NCBI GenBank assembly: GCA_019455045.1
Contig: JACFND010000001.1
Span: 22,023 to 86,022 of the forward strand
Length of the DNA stretch: 64,000 nt
From: Flavobacteriia bacterium
GTDB lineage: Bacteria; Bacteroidota; Bacteroidia; Flavobacteriales; Weeksellaceae
Reading direction: 5' to 3'
Both the position numbers and the translations under genes were made by a program. Shown here piece after piece: positions 28,450-38,142 of the stretch (position 1 is its first letter; each line of letters begins with the position of its first letter). The notes beneath the pieces were generated by a model, which saw only the letters and a program-made list of their open reading frames with translations, did no database searches and was not told the DNA's origin.

Positions 28450-28482
28450 TTTGGTAACTTAAAAAAAATGTTTCTACTTTTG
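28450..28482 (+). promoter_or_regulatory. Bacteroidota -33/-7 promoter of topA
   Basis: TTTG (28450-28453), 21 nt spacer, TACTTTTG (28475-28482). Confidence 0.75.
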
Positions 28483-28495
28483 CAAAAATTTTGAG

Positions 28496-30967
28496 ATGCC
28501 CAAAAACTTAGTAATCGTCGAGTCGCCGTCAAAAGCAAAAACCATTCAGAAATATCTTGGAAACGATTTTATGGTCGAATCAAGTTTCGGTCATATCTCT
28601 GATCTGCCCAAGAAAGGAATGGGGATTGAGATCGACAACAATTTCAAACCGGTCTATGAGGTTTCGCCCGATAAAAAGGATGTGGTCAAAAAATTAAAAG
28701 AGCTGACCGGAAAGGTGGAAACCGTATGGCTGGCTTCTGATGAGGACCGTGAAGGTGAAGCGATCGCATGGCATTTGTACAATGTGCTGGGGCTTTCAAA
28801 AAAAGATACACACAGGATTTCATTCAACGAGATTACAAAAAGAGCAATTCAAAAAGCAATCGATAATCCGAGAAAAATCGACAACGATCTGGTGGATGCG
28901 CAGCAGGCGAGAAGGGTTTTGGACCGTCTGGTCGGTTTTGAGGTTTCGCCCATTCTCTGGAAAAAAGTAAAACCGGGACTGTCCGCAGGTCGTGTACAGT
29001 CGGTTGCGGTTCGTCTGATTGTTGAGCGCGAAAGAGAAATTCAAAATTTCAAACCACAGTCTTCATTCAGATTTACAGCTCAGTTTCTGACCAAAGACAA
29101 AAAATCATTAAAAGCGGTTCTGACCAAAGAATTCAAAACTTATGATGAAGCAAAATCATTTGTAGAATCCTGTCTGGGTGCAGAATTCAGTGTCAGTGAT
29201 CTTCAGAAAAAACCTGCAAAACGTACACCGTCAGCACCTTTTACAACTTCAACCCTTCAGCAGGAAGCTTCGCTCAAACTCGGTTATCCGGTTTCGAGAA
29301 CAATGCGGGTTGCACAGCAGTTATACGAGTCGGGACTGATCACTTATATGAGAACCGACAGCGTCAACCTTTCACAGGATGCGATTGCCGCGGCAGAAAA
29401 TACGATCAAATCCGAATTTGGAAACAAATACAGCGAACCGAGAAATTATACCACAAAAAGCAAATCAGCACAGGAAGCGCACGAAGCCATCCGTCCGACA
29501 GATTTCAATCTGAAATCTGCAGGAGCAGATCCGAGTCAGCGAAAACTGTATGAACTGATCTGGAAAAGAGCGATTGCCAGCCAGATGGCACAGGCAGATC
29601 TGGAAAGGACGATCATTGATATCAAAAATTCAAAAAACAAAGAAATCTTTCAGTCAAAAGGTGAAATCATCGTGTTTGACGGATTTCTGAAAGTTTATCA
29701 GGACACGGTAACCGACGAAGATGACGATACTTCGACCGGTTCATCCATATTGCCCGATGTACACAAGGGAGATGCATTGGATGCAGAAGAAATTTTTGGA
29801 ACCCAGAAATTTACAAAAGCAGCACCGAGATATACAGAAGCATCTTTGGTTAAAAAACTGGAAGAACTCGGTATCGGCCGACCATCAACTTATGCGCCGA
29901 CCATTTCAACCATTCAGCACAGAGAATATGTGATTCTCGGAAATCTGGACGGCGAAAAAAGAGAATTGAAAACGCTGAAACTGAAATCGGGAAAAATTAC
30001 TGAAAAAACCGAAACCGAAACTTTTGGCGCAGACAGAAGAAAACTGATTCCGACCGACATCGGTGTGGTGGTCAATGATTTTTTGGTCGATCATTTCACC
30101 TATATTATGGATTATGATTTTACCGCCAAAGTCGAAGAAAGTTTTGACGACATAGCAGAAGGCAAAGAGAAATGGACCGAGATGATCGGTGATTTCTACG
30201 AAAGATTTCACGAGAATGTCGAAAATGTGGAAGAAACCGCAAAACGCGCGACCGGTGAAAGAGCTTTGGGAACTGATCCGAAATCTGGCAAACCCGTATT
30301 TGCAAAAATCGGCCGTTTTGGTCCGATGATTCAGATCGGTGAAACCGAAGACGAAGAAAAACCAAAATTTGCAAGTCTGCTCAAAACCCAGTCGATTCAG
30401 AGTGTTACACTTGAAGAAGCGCTTGCGCTGTTTGATCTGCCGAGAAAACTGGGCGAATACAAAGGCGGTGAACTCGAAGTGAATGTCGGAAGATTCGGTC
30501 CTTATGTGAAATACAAAGAAATTTTTGTTTCGATTCCAAAAGATGAGGACATGATGGAGCTGAGTTTTGAACGTGCGGTTGAGCTGGTGGAACAGAAACT
30601 GAAGGCAAATGCACCGATTGCGATATACGACGGCAAAGAAGTGACCAAGGGAAAAGGAAGATTCGGTCCGTTTATCAAATGGGGCGACCTTTATATCAAT
30701 GTGTCCAAAAAATACGATTTTGACAATCTTTCCCAATCCGACATCAAAGAACTGATTGAGGACAAGCTGAGAAAAGAAGCCGAAAAGGTGGTTCAGAACT
30801 GGGAGGAAGAAGGCATCCGAATCGAAAAAGCGAGATGGGGCAGACACAATATCATCAAGGGAAAGACAAAAATTGAGCTTGCAAAAGAGGTGGATGCGAA
30901 AAAACTGAAACTCGATGATGTGAAGAAATTAATCGAACAACAAAAACCCGCTTCCAAAAAGAAATGA
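28496..30967 (+). CDS. topA: DNA topoisomerase I (type IA) with C-terminal GRFGP repeats, no Zn ribbons
   Basis: LVIVESPSKAKTI, DEDREGEAIA, SAGRVQS, ITYMRTDS (catalytic Tyr), GIGRPST. Confidence 0.98.
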   Translation: MPKNLVIVESPSKAKTIQKYLGNDFMVESSFGHISDLPKKGMGIEIDNNFKPVYEVSPDKKDVVKKLKELTGKVETVWLASDEDREGEAIAWHLYNVLGLSKKDTHRISFNEITKRAIQKAIDNPRKIDNDLVDAQQARRVLDRLVGFEVSPILWKKVKPGLSAGRVQSVAVRLIVEREREIQNFKPQSSFRFTAQFLTKDKKSLKAVLTKEFKTYDEAKSFVESCLGAEFSVSDLQKKPAKRTPSAPFTTSTLQQEASLKLGYPVSRTMRVAQQLYESGLITYMRTDSVNLSQDAIAAAENTIKSEFGNKYSEPRNYTTKSKSAQEAHEAIRPTDFNLKSAGADPSQRKLYELIWKRAIASQMAQADLERTIIDIKNSKNKEIFQSKGEIIVFDGFLKVYQDTVTDEDDDTSTGSSILPDVHKGDALDAEEIFGTQKFTKAAPRYTEASLVKKLEELGIGRPSTYAPTISTIQHREYVILGNLDGEKRELKTLKLKSGKITEKTETETFGADRRKLIPTDIGVVVNDFLVDHFTYIMDYDFTAKVEESFDDIAEGKEKWTEMIGDFYERFHENVENVEETAKRATGERALGTDPKSGKPVFAKIGRFGPMIQIGETEDEEKPKFASLLKTQSIQSVTLEEALALFDLPRKLGEYKGGELEVNVGRFGPYVKYKEIFVSIPKDEDMMELSFERAVELVEQKLKANAPIAIYDGKEVTKGKGRFGPFIKWGDLYINVSKKYDFDNLSQSDIKELIEDKLRKEAEKVVQNWEEEGIRIEKARWGRHNIIKGKTKIELAKEVDAKKLKLDDVKKLIEQQKPASKKK

Positions 30968-32085
30968 CAGACGAATTCCTGACTCCGGTTTCGGATGAAC
31001 TCAGACAGTTTGCAGCCGATCTCGATACATTCTCGATCGGCCACAGCATCGGTTTTGACAATGATCCGGATGAAAATTCAATTGCAATCATCGGTGTTTA
31101 CAAAAGAAACAATTTTGACGGTGAAAATTCGGTAGATCAGTTCAGAAAACAGTTTTATCGGCTGAAAAACGGAAACTGGCAGCTAAAAATTTATGATCTG
31201 GGCGATCTGTTGCCGGGCGCAACCGATGACGATACTTATTTTGCATTTCTGAAAATTCAACAGGAACTGCTTAAAAAGAAATGTACATTAATAATAATAG
31301 GTGATGATCCGGCGCTGGCTTACTGGCAGTTCAGGGCATTTGACGCGGTGACACACCAGGTAAATCTCAGCTGTATTGACAACCGTTTCAGACTGGGAAA
31401 TGATTCCGAAGAATTATCGGAATTCAATTATTTGAGTAAAATTATTACAAACGAACCCCATTCACTTTTTGATTATACTCATCTGGGACATCAGACTTAT
31501 TTTGTTGCTCAGGAGGAACTCGATCTGATGGAGGAACTGAATTTTGAGGTCAAACGTCTTGGACTGCTCACCGAAAATTTGGACGAAAGCGAGCCGGAAT
31601 TGAGAAATTCGGATATGGTGATTTTAAATCTGGATTCGATTCAGCATTCTGACTTTCAATCGAATGCAGAACCTTCACCCAACGGTTTCAGCTCGAGAGA
31701 GATTTGTGCGATTGCAAGATATTCGGGTATCAACAATAAAGTAAGGTCGTTTGGCGTTTATAACTTTGAGGCGAAAAACATACTGCCGGACAATTTGTTG
31801 CTGGCAGAGATTCTTTGGTATTTTATAGAGGGCAAAAATCATTCTGCAGGAGATTTGGATTTTGACAATGAAAGGAGTTTTGAGACTTTCCGTGTTCAGC
31901 TGGCTGAGCAGGAATTGGTCTTTTACCGCAACATCATGTCAGATCAGTGGTGGCTGGAATTGGATGATTCGGAAACTGTTGACGGGAGGCATCAGATTAT
32001 TCCGTGTTCGAATAAAGATTACAAAGATTCGCTTTTGGGCAAAATTCCGCACAGATGGTGGAAGGCTTATAAAAAATTATACTGA
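30964..32085 (+). CDS. Arginase/formimidoylglutamase-fold protein with degenerate metal sites
   Basis: IYDLGDL, IIGD, SPNGFSSREICAIARY fold motifs; DAHxD appears as DNRF and DxD as NLD. Confidence 0.75.
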   Translation: MTDEFLTPVSDELRQFAADLDTFSIGHSIGFDNDPDENSIAIIGVYKRNNFDGENSVDQFRKQFYRLKNGNWQLKIYDLGDLLPGATDDDTYFAFLKIQQELLKKKCTLIIIGDDPALAYWQFRAFDAVTHQVNLSCIDNRFRLGNDSEELSEFNYLSKIITNEPHSLFDYTHLGHQTYFVAQEELDLMEELNFEVKRLGLLTENLDESEPELRNSDMVILNLDSIQHSDFQSNAEPSPNGFSSREICAIARYSGINNKVRSFGVYNFEAKNILPDNLLLAEILWYFIEGKNHSAGDLDFDNERSFETFRVQLAEQELVFYRNIMSDQWWLELDDSETVDGRHQIIPCSNKDYKDSLLGKIPHRWWKAYKKLY

Positions 32086-32185
32086 CAACAATAATTTGTC
32101 AATTTAATCGTTTAGCTAAATGCCCGATAAAAATTTTTGGGGAATTGTAAAAATATTATAGATTTACACGCTTAAAAAAATAAGG

Positions 32186-33637
32186 ATGAAGAAAGCATTG
32201 GCAGCAGTAATCATTTTGTCCCTATCTCTTTCTTCCTGTAAGATGTTAAAAAAGGGAAGAAACGGAGGCAAGGATGATGGTCAGATTGTAGGTAAAAAAT
32301 CAACTACATGGACTCCGCAGCGACCCAAAGGAATGGTTCCCGTTCCGAGTGGTTCGTTTGTGATGGGTCAGACAGACTACGATTTTACCTTCGATAATTC
32401 GGCTCCGGTGAGAACCGTAACCGTATCCGGCTTTTTTATGGACGATACCGAGGTCACAAATTCAAAATATCATGTGTTTGTGGATTATGTCCGTGATTCA
32501 ATCGCTAGAACCATGCTGGCTGAGAAGGCAGCTGATCTTGGATTTGATCCGACCACCGGTTCTTCTGGAAATGAAGAAGGTATCGCTGCATACAAATATG
32601 TTTCGGGAAGCGAAGACGGCGAGCCTACGCCATGGGATGATTATGTGGCTTCAAAATCAGACGGAAGAGAAGGCAGCTACAACGAACAGCGTAAACTGAA
32701 CTGGAACGTTGATCTGGCATGGAACAAATACGAATATCCCGATGTCGATTATGCTGAAGCTATCGATGCGCTTTATTATCCGCCCGAAGAAAGATTCAAT
32801 GATGAACGTCTTGTTGATGTAAGAAAACTGAAATTTAAATATACCTGGATTGATCAGGAAAGTGCTGCAAAAGAAGCAAACAATCCGGATTCTTTCCGTG
32901 TTGACTTCCGTCACGAAGAAGTTGTACCGGTTTATCCCGACACCACAGTATGGGTGCGTGACTTCAACTATGCATACAACGACCCGATGCACGAAAACTA
33001 TTTCTGGCACGATGCTTACTCGGATTACCCCGTGGTTGGTGTCAACTGGAACCAGGCGATGGCTTATTGCGCATTCAGAACCAAAAAGCAGAATGACTAT
33101 CTGGCAACAAAAAGAAAAAGAAAAGATTCACCTCAGAAAGTGATCGCATATCGTCTTCCAAACGAAATCGAATGGGAATATGCGGCGCGCGGCGGAATGC
33201 AGGATGCACCCTATCCTTGGGGAGGTCCTTACCTGACCGACGACAGAGGCTGTTATCTGGCGAACTTCAAACCCAAAAGAGGTGACTATATTGAGGAAGA
33301 AGGCAAAGGCTATATGTACACTGCACCTGTAAAAACTTTCCATGCAAACGGATACGGTCTGTATGACATGGCAGGAAACGTGGGCGAGTGGACAGTATCT
33401 CCATACGACAAAGCATTCTATCAGATGAGTTCAACATTGAACCCGACACTTGCACGCGAAAGAAGCGACAAGAAATCTGTCAGAGGCGGTTCATGGAAAG
33501 ACATCGGTTATATGCTGATGGTGAGCGCAAGAGACTGGGAACACAAAGACTCTGCACGAAGCTTCATCGGATTCAGAACCGTTCAGTCATTCCCTGAAGG
33601 ATCAAAAATCAAATACAGAAAGAAAAGAACTAGATAA
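32186..33637 (+). CDS. gldK: T9SS/gliding lipoprotein GldK (PorK)
   Basis: Lipobox LSSC, FGE-sulfatase-type fold (YPVVGVNW, RLPNEIEWEYAARGG, LYDMAGNVGEW), first of the KLMN cluster. Confidence 0.95.
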   Translation: MKKALAAVIILSLSLSSCKMLKKGRNGGKDDGQIVGKKSTTWTPQRPKGMVPVPSGSFVMGQTDYDFTFDNSAPVRTVTVSGFFMDDTEVTNSKYHVFVDYVRDSIARTMLAEKAADLGFDPTTGSSGNEEGIAAYKYVSGSEDGEPTPWDDYVASKSDGREGSYNEQRKLNWNVDLAWNKYEYPDVDYAEAIDALYYPPEERFNDERLVDVRKLKFKYTWIDQESAAKEANNPDSFRVDFRHEEVVPVYPDTTVWVRDFNYAYNDPMHENYFWHDAYSDYPVVGVNWNQAMAYCAFRTKKQNDYLATKRKRKDSPQKVIAYRLPNEIEWEYAARGGMQDAPYPWGGPYLTDDRGCYLANFKPKRGDYIEEEGKGYMYTAPVKTFHANGYGLYDMAGNVGEWTVSPYDKAFYQMSSTLNPTLARERSDKKSVRGGSWKDIGYMLMVSARDWEHKDSARSFIGFRTVQSFPEGSKIKYRKKRTR

Positions 33638-33687
33638 AAGATAAAGGACAATTAACACTTTTAATTAACACAAATTCATTTTAAACT

Positions 33688-34371
33688 ATGGCACTTAAAG
33701 CATCAAAAAGAGAAGTCGCTTTGAACTTCTTCTACAGTATCGGAGCTGCAATCGTAATCGCGGGAGCTCTATTTAAAATCAATCACTATTCACTGCTCGG
33801 ATTGGACGGTTCAACCGTACTTGCAATCGGTATGATATGTGAGGTGATTGTATTTACCGTGTTTGCATTTGACAAACCCTCAGGAGCTTATGATTGGGAA
33901 AAAGCTTATCCCGAACTGCTCGATTCATCCACTCCGGTTGCAAGAAAATCAAAAGCAGCCGCATTGCCTGACGAATCAGACAATGTTTCTCTTTCTCAAA
34001 AACTGGACAAAATGCTCAATGACGCAAAACTGGATGTTTCTCTGATGGAAAGATTGAGAAGCGGTATTGAGAACTTTGGTTCAGCAGTGAATGAAATCAA
34101 CAAAACCACCAGTGCTGCAGCTGCAACTCAGCAGTACGGAGACCAGCTTGCATTGGCTGCAAACCACATGGAGTCTCTGAACGCATTGTATCAGGTTCAA
34201 TTGGAAAGTGGTCAAAAACAAGTAGAATTAAATCAACAGTTTATCAGTGAAATGCAGGCAAACGCAGAAGGTTCTAAGAAATTCCAGCAGGAATTGGTTG
34301 CTTTGTCTGAGAGCGTGAACAACCTGAACAGAGTTTACGGAGGTATGTTGTCTGCTATGAAAGGAAATTAA
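33688..34371 (+). CDS. gldL: T9SS motor stator GldL (PorL)
   Basis: YSIGAAIVIAGALFKINH, CEVIVF, YDWEKAYPEL, VYGGMLSAM. Confidence 0.96.
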   Translation: MALKASKREVALNFFYSIGAAIVIAGALFKINHYSLLGLDGSTVLAIGMICEVIVFTVFAFDKPSGAYDWEKAYPELLDSSTPVARKSKAAALPDESDNVSLSQKLDKMLNDAKLDVSLMERLRSGIENFGSAVNEINKTTSAAAATQQYGDQLALAANHMESLNALYQVQLESGQKQVELNQQFISEMQANAEGSKKFQQELVALSESVNNLNRVYGGMLSAMKGN

Positions 34372-34425
34372 TCATTTGATAATTTCTAAAACTCACACAA
34401 TGTTTAACATTCTACATTTTTAAAA

Positions 34426-35976
34426 ATGGCACAAGGAGGAGGAAAAGCAGCACGGCAAAAGATGATCAACCTGATGTATATCGTCTTCATCGCGATGATG
34501 GCGATGAACGTCGACCGTCAGGTACTGAGATCTTTTGAAGACATCACCGTGACTCTGGATGATTCATCCAGATTGACAAACGAGAACAACAGCACTTTCT
34601 ATGACAATATTACAACCAAAGCAGAGACTGACTCGGCTTATGCGGTAATTTTGGGAAAGGCAAATCAGGTAAAATCTGAATCTGACAAAGCTTACAATTT
34701 TTTGGAAGGCATAAAGCAGGAGATTATGAAGATTCAGGAATATACGCTTCCGGTTTATGGAGCTAATACTGATGAAGCAGAAACCAATTATTCTTCGCTT
34801 TCAAACGTTGAGGTATTCACCAAACTTCTGTTCAAAGAACAGGACAAACCAACTGATAAAGGGAATCAGCTGATTCAAGCAGTTGAAGACTACAGAGGTT
34901 TTATGACAGGCGTATATACAACTGAAGCAGATAAGAAACGAATCGAACATGTTTTCAATACCGATAACAGAGGAAAGAAATCTTGGTTGAACTATAATTT
35001 TTATGAGCAGCCGATGGTTGCCGGTTTGGCTAACCTTACCAAACTTCAGTCTGACATCAGAACTGAGGAAGGTAACCTGGTGAGAGCATTGCTTTCAAAC
35101 AAACTTCAAGAAGAAATCGAACTCAAAGCATTTGAGCCAATCGTTATGGTTCCGCCATTTGTTCGTTCAGACAAACCAGCCGATGCAAGCATTGCATTTG
35201 GTGCATTTGACAATACGCTTCAAGGAAAAGTTACAGTAGGCGGTCAGGAAATTCCTTTGGTTAACGGTAAAGCGAATTTCAAACTGAATACCGCCGGTTC
35301 AGGCATTAAAACAGTTTCGGGTACGATGACCTGGATGGGTGCAGACGGCAAATATGTTGAGCCGATTCCATTCTCTCAGGAATATGAAGTTGTAGCAGAA
35401 ACACTGTCAGAACTTCCTTCAGGTGCTGTGATTACAGCTGATAAGATGAATGTGGTTTACCGTAATCTGGACAACCCGATCACTGCAACCGTAAACGGTG
35501 CCGACGGCCCTGTTTCACTGACTGCAAGTGTTGGAGGTCTGAGACCGAACGGAGCGGGCAAATGGATGTTCAAACCGGCAGCCGGAAGCGGTACGGTTAA
35601 ATTCACCGCATCTGCAAAAACATCTACCGGTAAAGTGGTTTCAGGTTCAATGGATTTCCGTATCAAACCTGTTCCGCCGGCAAGAGCACACATTGCGAAC
35701 AAGACCAATCTGCAGATTCCGGCAAACGGACTTGCAGGACAGACTGTTCGTCTTGACTGGCCTGACTTCCTGTTCGATGTGACCGGTGAGGTGACCTCGT
35801 TCAAAGTGAAAGTTCCGGGACAGCCTACAGCTCTGGTTACCGGAAACAAGATGGGCGGTGCGGCAGGACCACTGTCAAAAGCAAAACCTGGAGACATCGT
35901 GGGTGTATTTGACATCAAGTACAACTCGACTGCAGGCCCCGGAGAAGCTTCGCCGGTTACAATTGAAGTAAGATAA
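34426..35976 (+). CDS. gldM: T9SS motor rotor GldM (PorM)
   Basis: RQKMINLMYIVFIAMMAMNV, ADKMNVVYRNLDNPI. Confidence 0.96.
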   Translation: MAQGGGKAARQKMINLMYIVFIAMMAMNVDRQVLRSFEDITVTLDDSSRLTNENNSTFYDNITTKAETDSAYAVILGKANQVKSESDKAYNFLEGIKQEIMKIQEYTLPVYGANTDEAETNYSSLSNVEVFTKLLFKEQDKPTDKGNQLIQAVEDYRGFMTGVYTTEADKKRIEHVFNTDNRGKKSWLNYNFYEQPMVAGLANLTKLQSDIRTEEGNLVRALLSNKLQEEIELKAFEPIVMVPPFVRSDKPADASIAFGAFDNTLQGKVTVGGQEIPLVNGKANFKLNTAGSGIKTVSGTMTWMGADGKYVEPIPFSQEYEVVAETLSELPSGAVITADKMNVVYRNLDNPITATVNGADGPVSLTASVGGLRPNGAGKWMFKPAAGSGTVKFTASAKTSTGKVVSGSMDFRIKPVPPARAHIANKTNLQIPANGLAGQTVRLDWPDFLFDVTGEVTSFKVKVPGQPTALVTGNKMGGAAGPLSKAKPGDIVGVFDIKYNSTAGPGEASPVTIEVR

Positions 35977-35996
35977 AAAATTAATAAAATCATATT

Positions 35997-36899
35997 ATGA
36001 AGTGTCTTTTTTTCGGATTAATGAGTTTGATAGCCTCGGCAAGCATGGCTCAAAACGTTTTGAACGCGCTCACGCCTGAGCAGCTCAGAGAGCAGCGTGA
36101 AACCAAAACCATGGTGACCGAAGCCGGAGATACCGTGAGTACACTGGCAGTACCTTTGGAATACGGATTTATTGAAGACAAAGATATAATCTGGTCAAAA
36201 ATCGTTTGGGAAGTTGTGGACTTCAACGAAAGACTGAACCAGCCTTACTACCGTTCGTCTGACGGATTCATCAACGAGACTGCGTCGCTTTACGATGCGC
36301 TGGTTGACGGTGTAAGATCAGGTAAGATCTCGCAGGTTTATGACGACGAATATTTTACAACCAAAATGACTTACGAACAGATCGTATCGCGTACCGCAAA
36401 CAAAGATACCCAGCAGTATTATTTTGACATGATCGATGCCGGAGAAGAACCGGATGATGCGCTGATCTTTAATTTTGAAGTTCACTCAAGTGATATCAAA
36501 ATGATGAAGATCAAAGGAATGTGGTATATCGACCGCAGATTGGGTGAAATGAGATACCGTCTTTTGGGGCTGTGTATCATGGGACCGGATGCTCAGGCAC
36601 TGGGAACCCAGTTTGACGACGGAACTTTTGTTGACCTGTTCTGGATCTGGTATCCGGATGCGAGAGAAGTGCTCAACAACTACACCGTCTTCAATCCGAG
36701 CAACTCATCATCAACGGTCACCTTTGACGATATGCTCAATGCGCGGCGTTTCAACTCGGTGCTGTACAAAGCCCAAACCATCCACGGAGTCAGTCCGATC
36801 GAGGATTATATTCCAAAAGATGCAAAAGGCCAGCTTGAAGAAAGCGATTACATCAGAAACAGCATCCTTCAGTCAGAAGCAGATATGTGGAATTATTAA
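35997..36899 (+). CDS. gldN: T9SS protein GldN (PorN)
   Basis: PLEYGF..D.DIIWSK, IKGMWYIDRRLGEMRYRLLG, LFWIWYPDAR, LNARRF. Confidence 0.95.
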   Translation: MKCLFFGLMSLIASASMAQNVLNALTPEQLREQRETKTMVTEAGDTVSTLAVPLEYGFIEDKDIIWSKIVWEVVDFNERLNQPYYRSSDGFINETASLYDALVDGVRSGKISQVYDDEYFTTKMTYEQIVSRTANKDTQQYYFDMIDAGEEPDDALIFNFEVHSSDIKMMKIKGMWYIDRRLGEMRYRLLGLCIMGPDAQALGTQFDDGTFVDLFWIWYPDAREVLNNYTVFNPSNSSSTVTFDDMLNARRFNSVLYKAQTIHGVSPIEDYIPKDAKGQLEESDYIRNSILQSEADMWNY

Positions 36900-36918
36900 T
36901 GATATGATTCAGCAATAC

Positions 36919-36953
36919 AAAAAAGCCCTGTCTCCGCGATGGGGCTTTTTTTT
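36919..36953 (+). terminator. Intrinsic terminator after gldN
   Basis: AAAAGCCC...GGGGCTTTT followed by a T tract. Confidence 0.7.
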
Positions 36954-36997
36954 AAGTGTTTCGTAAAATTACGGCTAACGGCATGATGCATTTGACG

Positions 36998-37005
36998 TAT
37001 ATTTG
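36998..37005 (+). promoter_or_regulatory. -7 box (TATATTTG) of the polysaccharide locus
   Basis: TAnnTTTG overlapping the track's TTG start, which supports ATG 37030. Confidence 0.6.
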
Positions 37006-37029
37006 TTTGGTTATTCAAAATTTGGAATA

Positions 37030-38142
37030 ATGGCTTATAAAATATGGCTCTCTACACCCCACATGGGCGGTGAAGAGATGAAATATATCAACAGTGCCTT
37101 TGAAGAGAACTGGGTAGCTCCGCTCGGCCCAAATGTCAACGGATTTGAAAAGGATCTTGAAAATTTTCTGGGAGACGATTCTTTTGTAGCAGCGCTCAGC
37201 TCGGGTACTGCCGCACTTCACCTCAGTCTGATTCTTGCCGGTGTGGAAGCCGGCGATGAAGTAATCTGTCAGAGCATGACTTTTTCGGCTTCTGTCAATC
37301 CGGTGACCTATCTGGGTGCAAAACCTGTTTTTGTGGACAGCGAGAAAGACAGCTGGAACATTTCTCCCGAACTTTTGGAAGAAGCAGTCAAAGACAGGAT
37401 TTCAAAAGGAAAAAAACCAAAGGCGATCGTTGCAGTCCATCTGTACGGGATGCCTTTTGATTTTGATTCGATTAAAGAAATTTCAAAGCGTTATGAAATC
37501 CCGATTGTTGAAGATGCTGCCGAAGCGCTCGGAAGCGAATACAAAGGCAGAAAATGCGGTACTTTGGGTGATTTCTCGGTTTTATCGTTCAACGGAAATA
37601 AAATCATCACCACTTCGGGCGGAGGAGCGCTCAGAGTCGGTACCGAAGAACTCAAGAAAAAAGCAGTCTTTTTGGCTACTCAGGCAAGGGATGATGCACC
37701 TTACTATCAGCATTCCGAAATCGGATACAATTACAGGATGTCCAACATTACAGCCGGAATCGGAAGAGGACAGATGGAAGTGCTGAATGACAGAATCATA
37801 GCAAGAAGAAATAATTTTGAATATTATCGTCAGAATTTATCTGATGTTGCCGGAATTAAATTTCCGACCGAAAACCAAGACAGTTTTTCAAACCGATGGC
37901 TCAGCTGCATACTGACCGAATCTCAGGAAAAACGGGAAGAAATCAGACTGAAGCTGTTGAAATCGGAGATAGAAAGCAGACCTTTGTGGAAACCGATGCA
38001 TCTGCAGCCGGTTTTCAAAAATTATCAGGGATATATCAGCGGAGTCAGTGAAGACTTGTTCAACAGAGGATTGTGTTTACCCAGCGGATCAAATTTGAGC
38101 CGTGAAAATTTGGATTGCGTAATTGAAAAAATTAAGTGTTAA
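37030..38142 (+). CDS. DegT/DnrJ/EryC1/StrS-family PLP sugar aminotransferase
   Basis: SSGTAALHL, VEDAAEALGS, SFNGNKIITTSGGG, GYNYRMSN, CLPSGS. Confidence 0.93.
   Translation: MAYKIWLSTPHMGGEEMKYINSAFEENWVAPLGPNVNGFEKDLENFLGDDSFVAALSSGTAALHLSLILAGVEAGDEVICQSMTFSASVNPVTYLGAKPVFVDSEKDSWNISPELLEEAVKDRISKGKKPKAIVAVHLYGMPFDFDSIKEISKRYEIPIVEDAAEALGSEYKGRKCGTLGDFSVLSFNGNKIITTSGGGALRVGTEELKKKAVFLATQARDDAPYYQHSEIGYNYRMSNITAGIGRGQMEVLNDRIIARRNNFEYYRQNLSDVAGIKFPTENQDSFSNRWLSCILTESQEKREEIRLKLLKSEIESRPLWKPMHLQPVFKNYQGYISGVSEDLFNRGLCLPSGSNLSRENLDCVIEKIKC

Noticed and set aside
29906-30847. 313-aa antisense ORF inside topA, and similar long shadows (11072-11755, 47690-48349, 62532-63146)
   Set aside because: They lie fully opposite well-supported genes, have no recognisable motifs, and are explained by codon bias on the sense strand
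30964-32085. Gene symbol hutG for the arginase-fold protein
   Set aside because: Metal-binding residues are not conserved and no hut genes are adjacent
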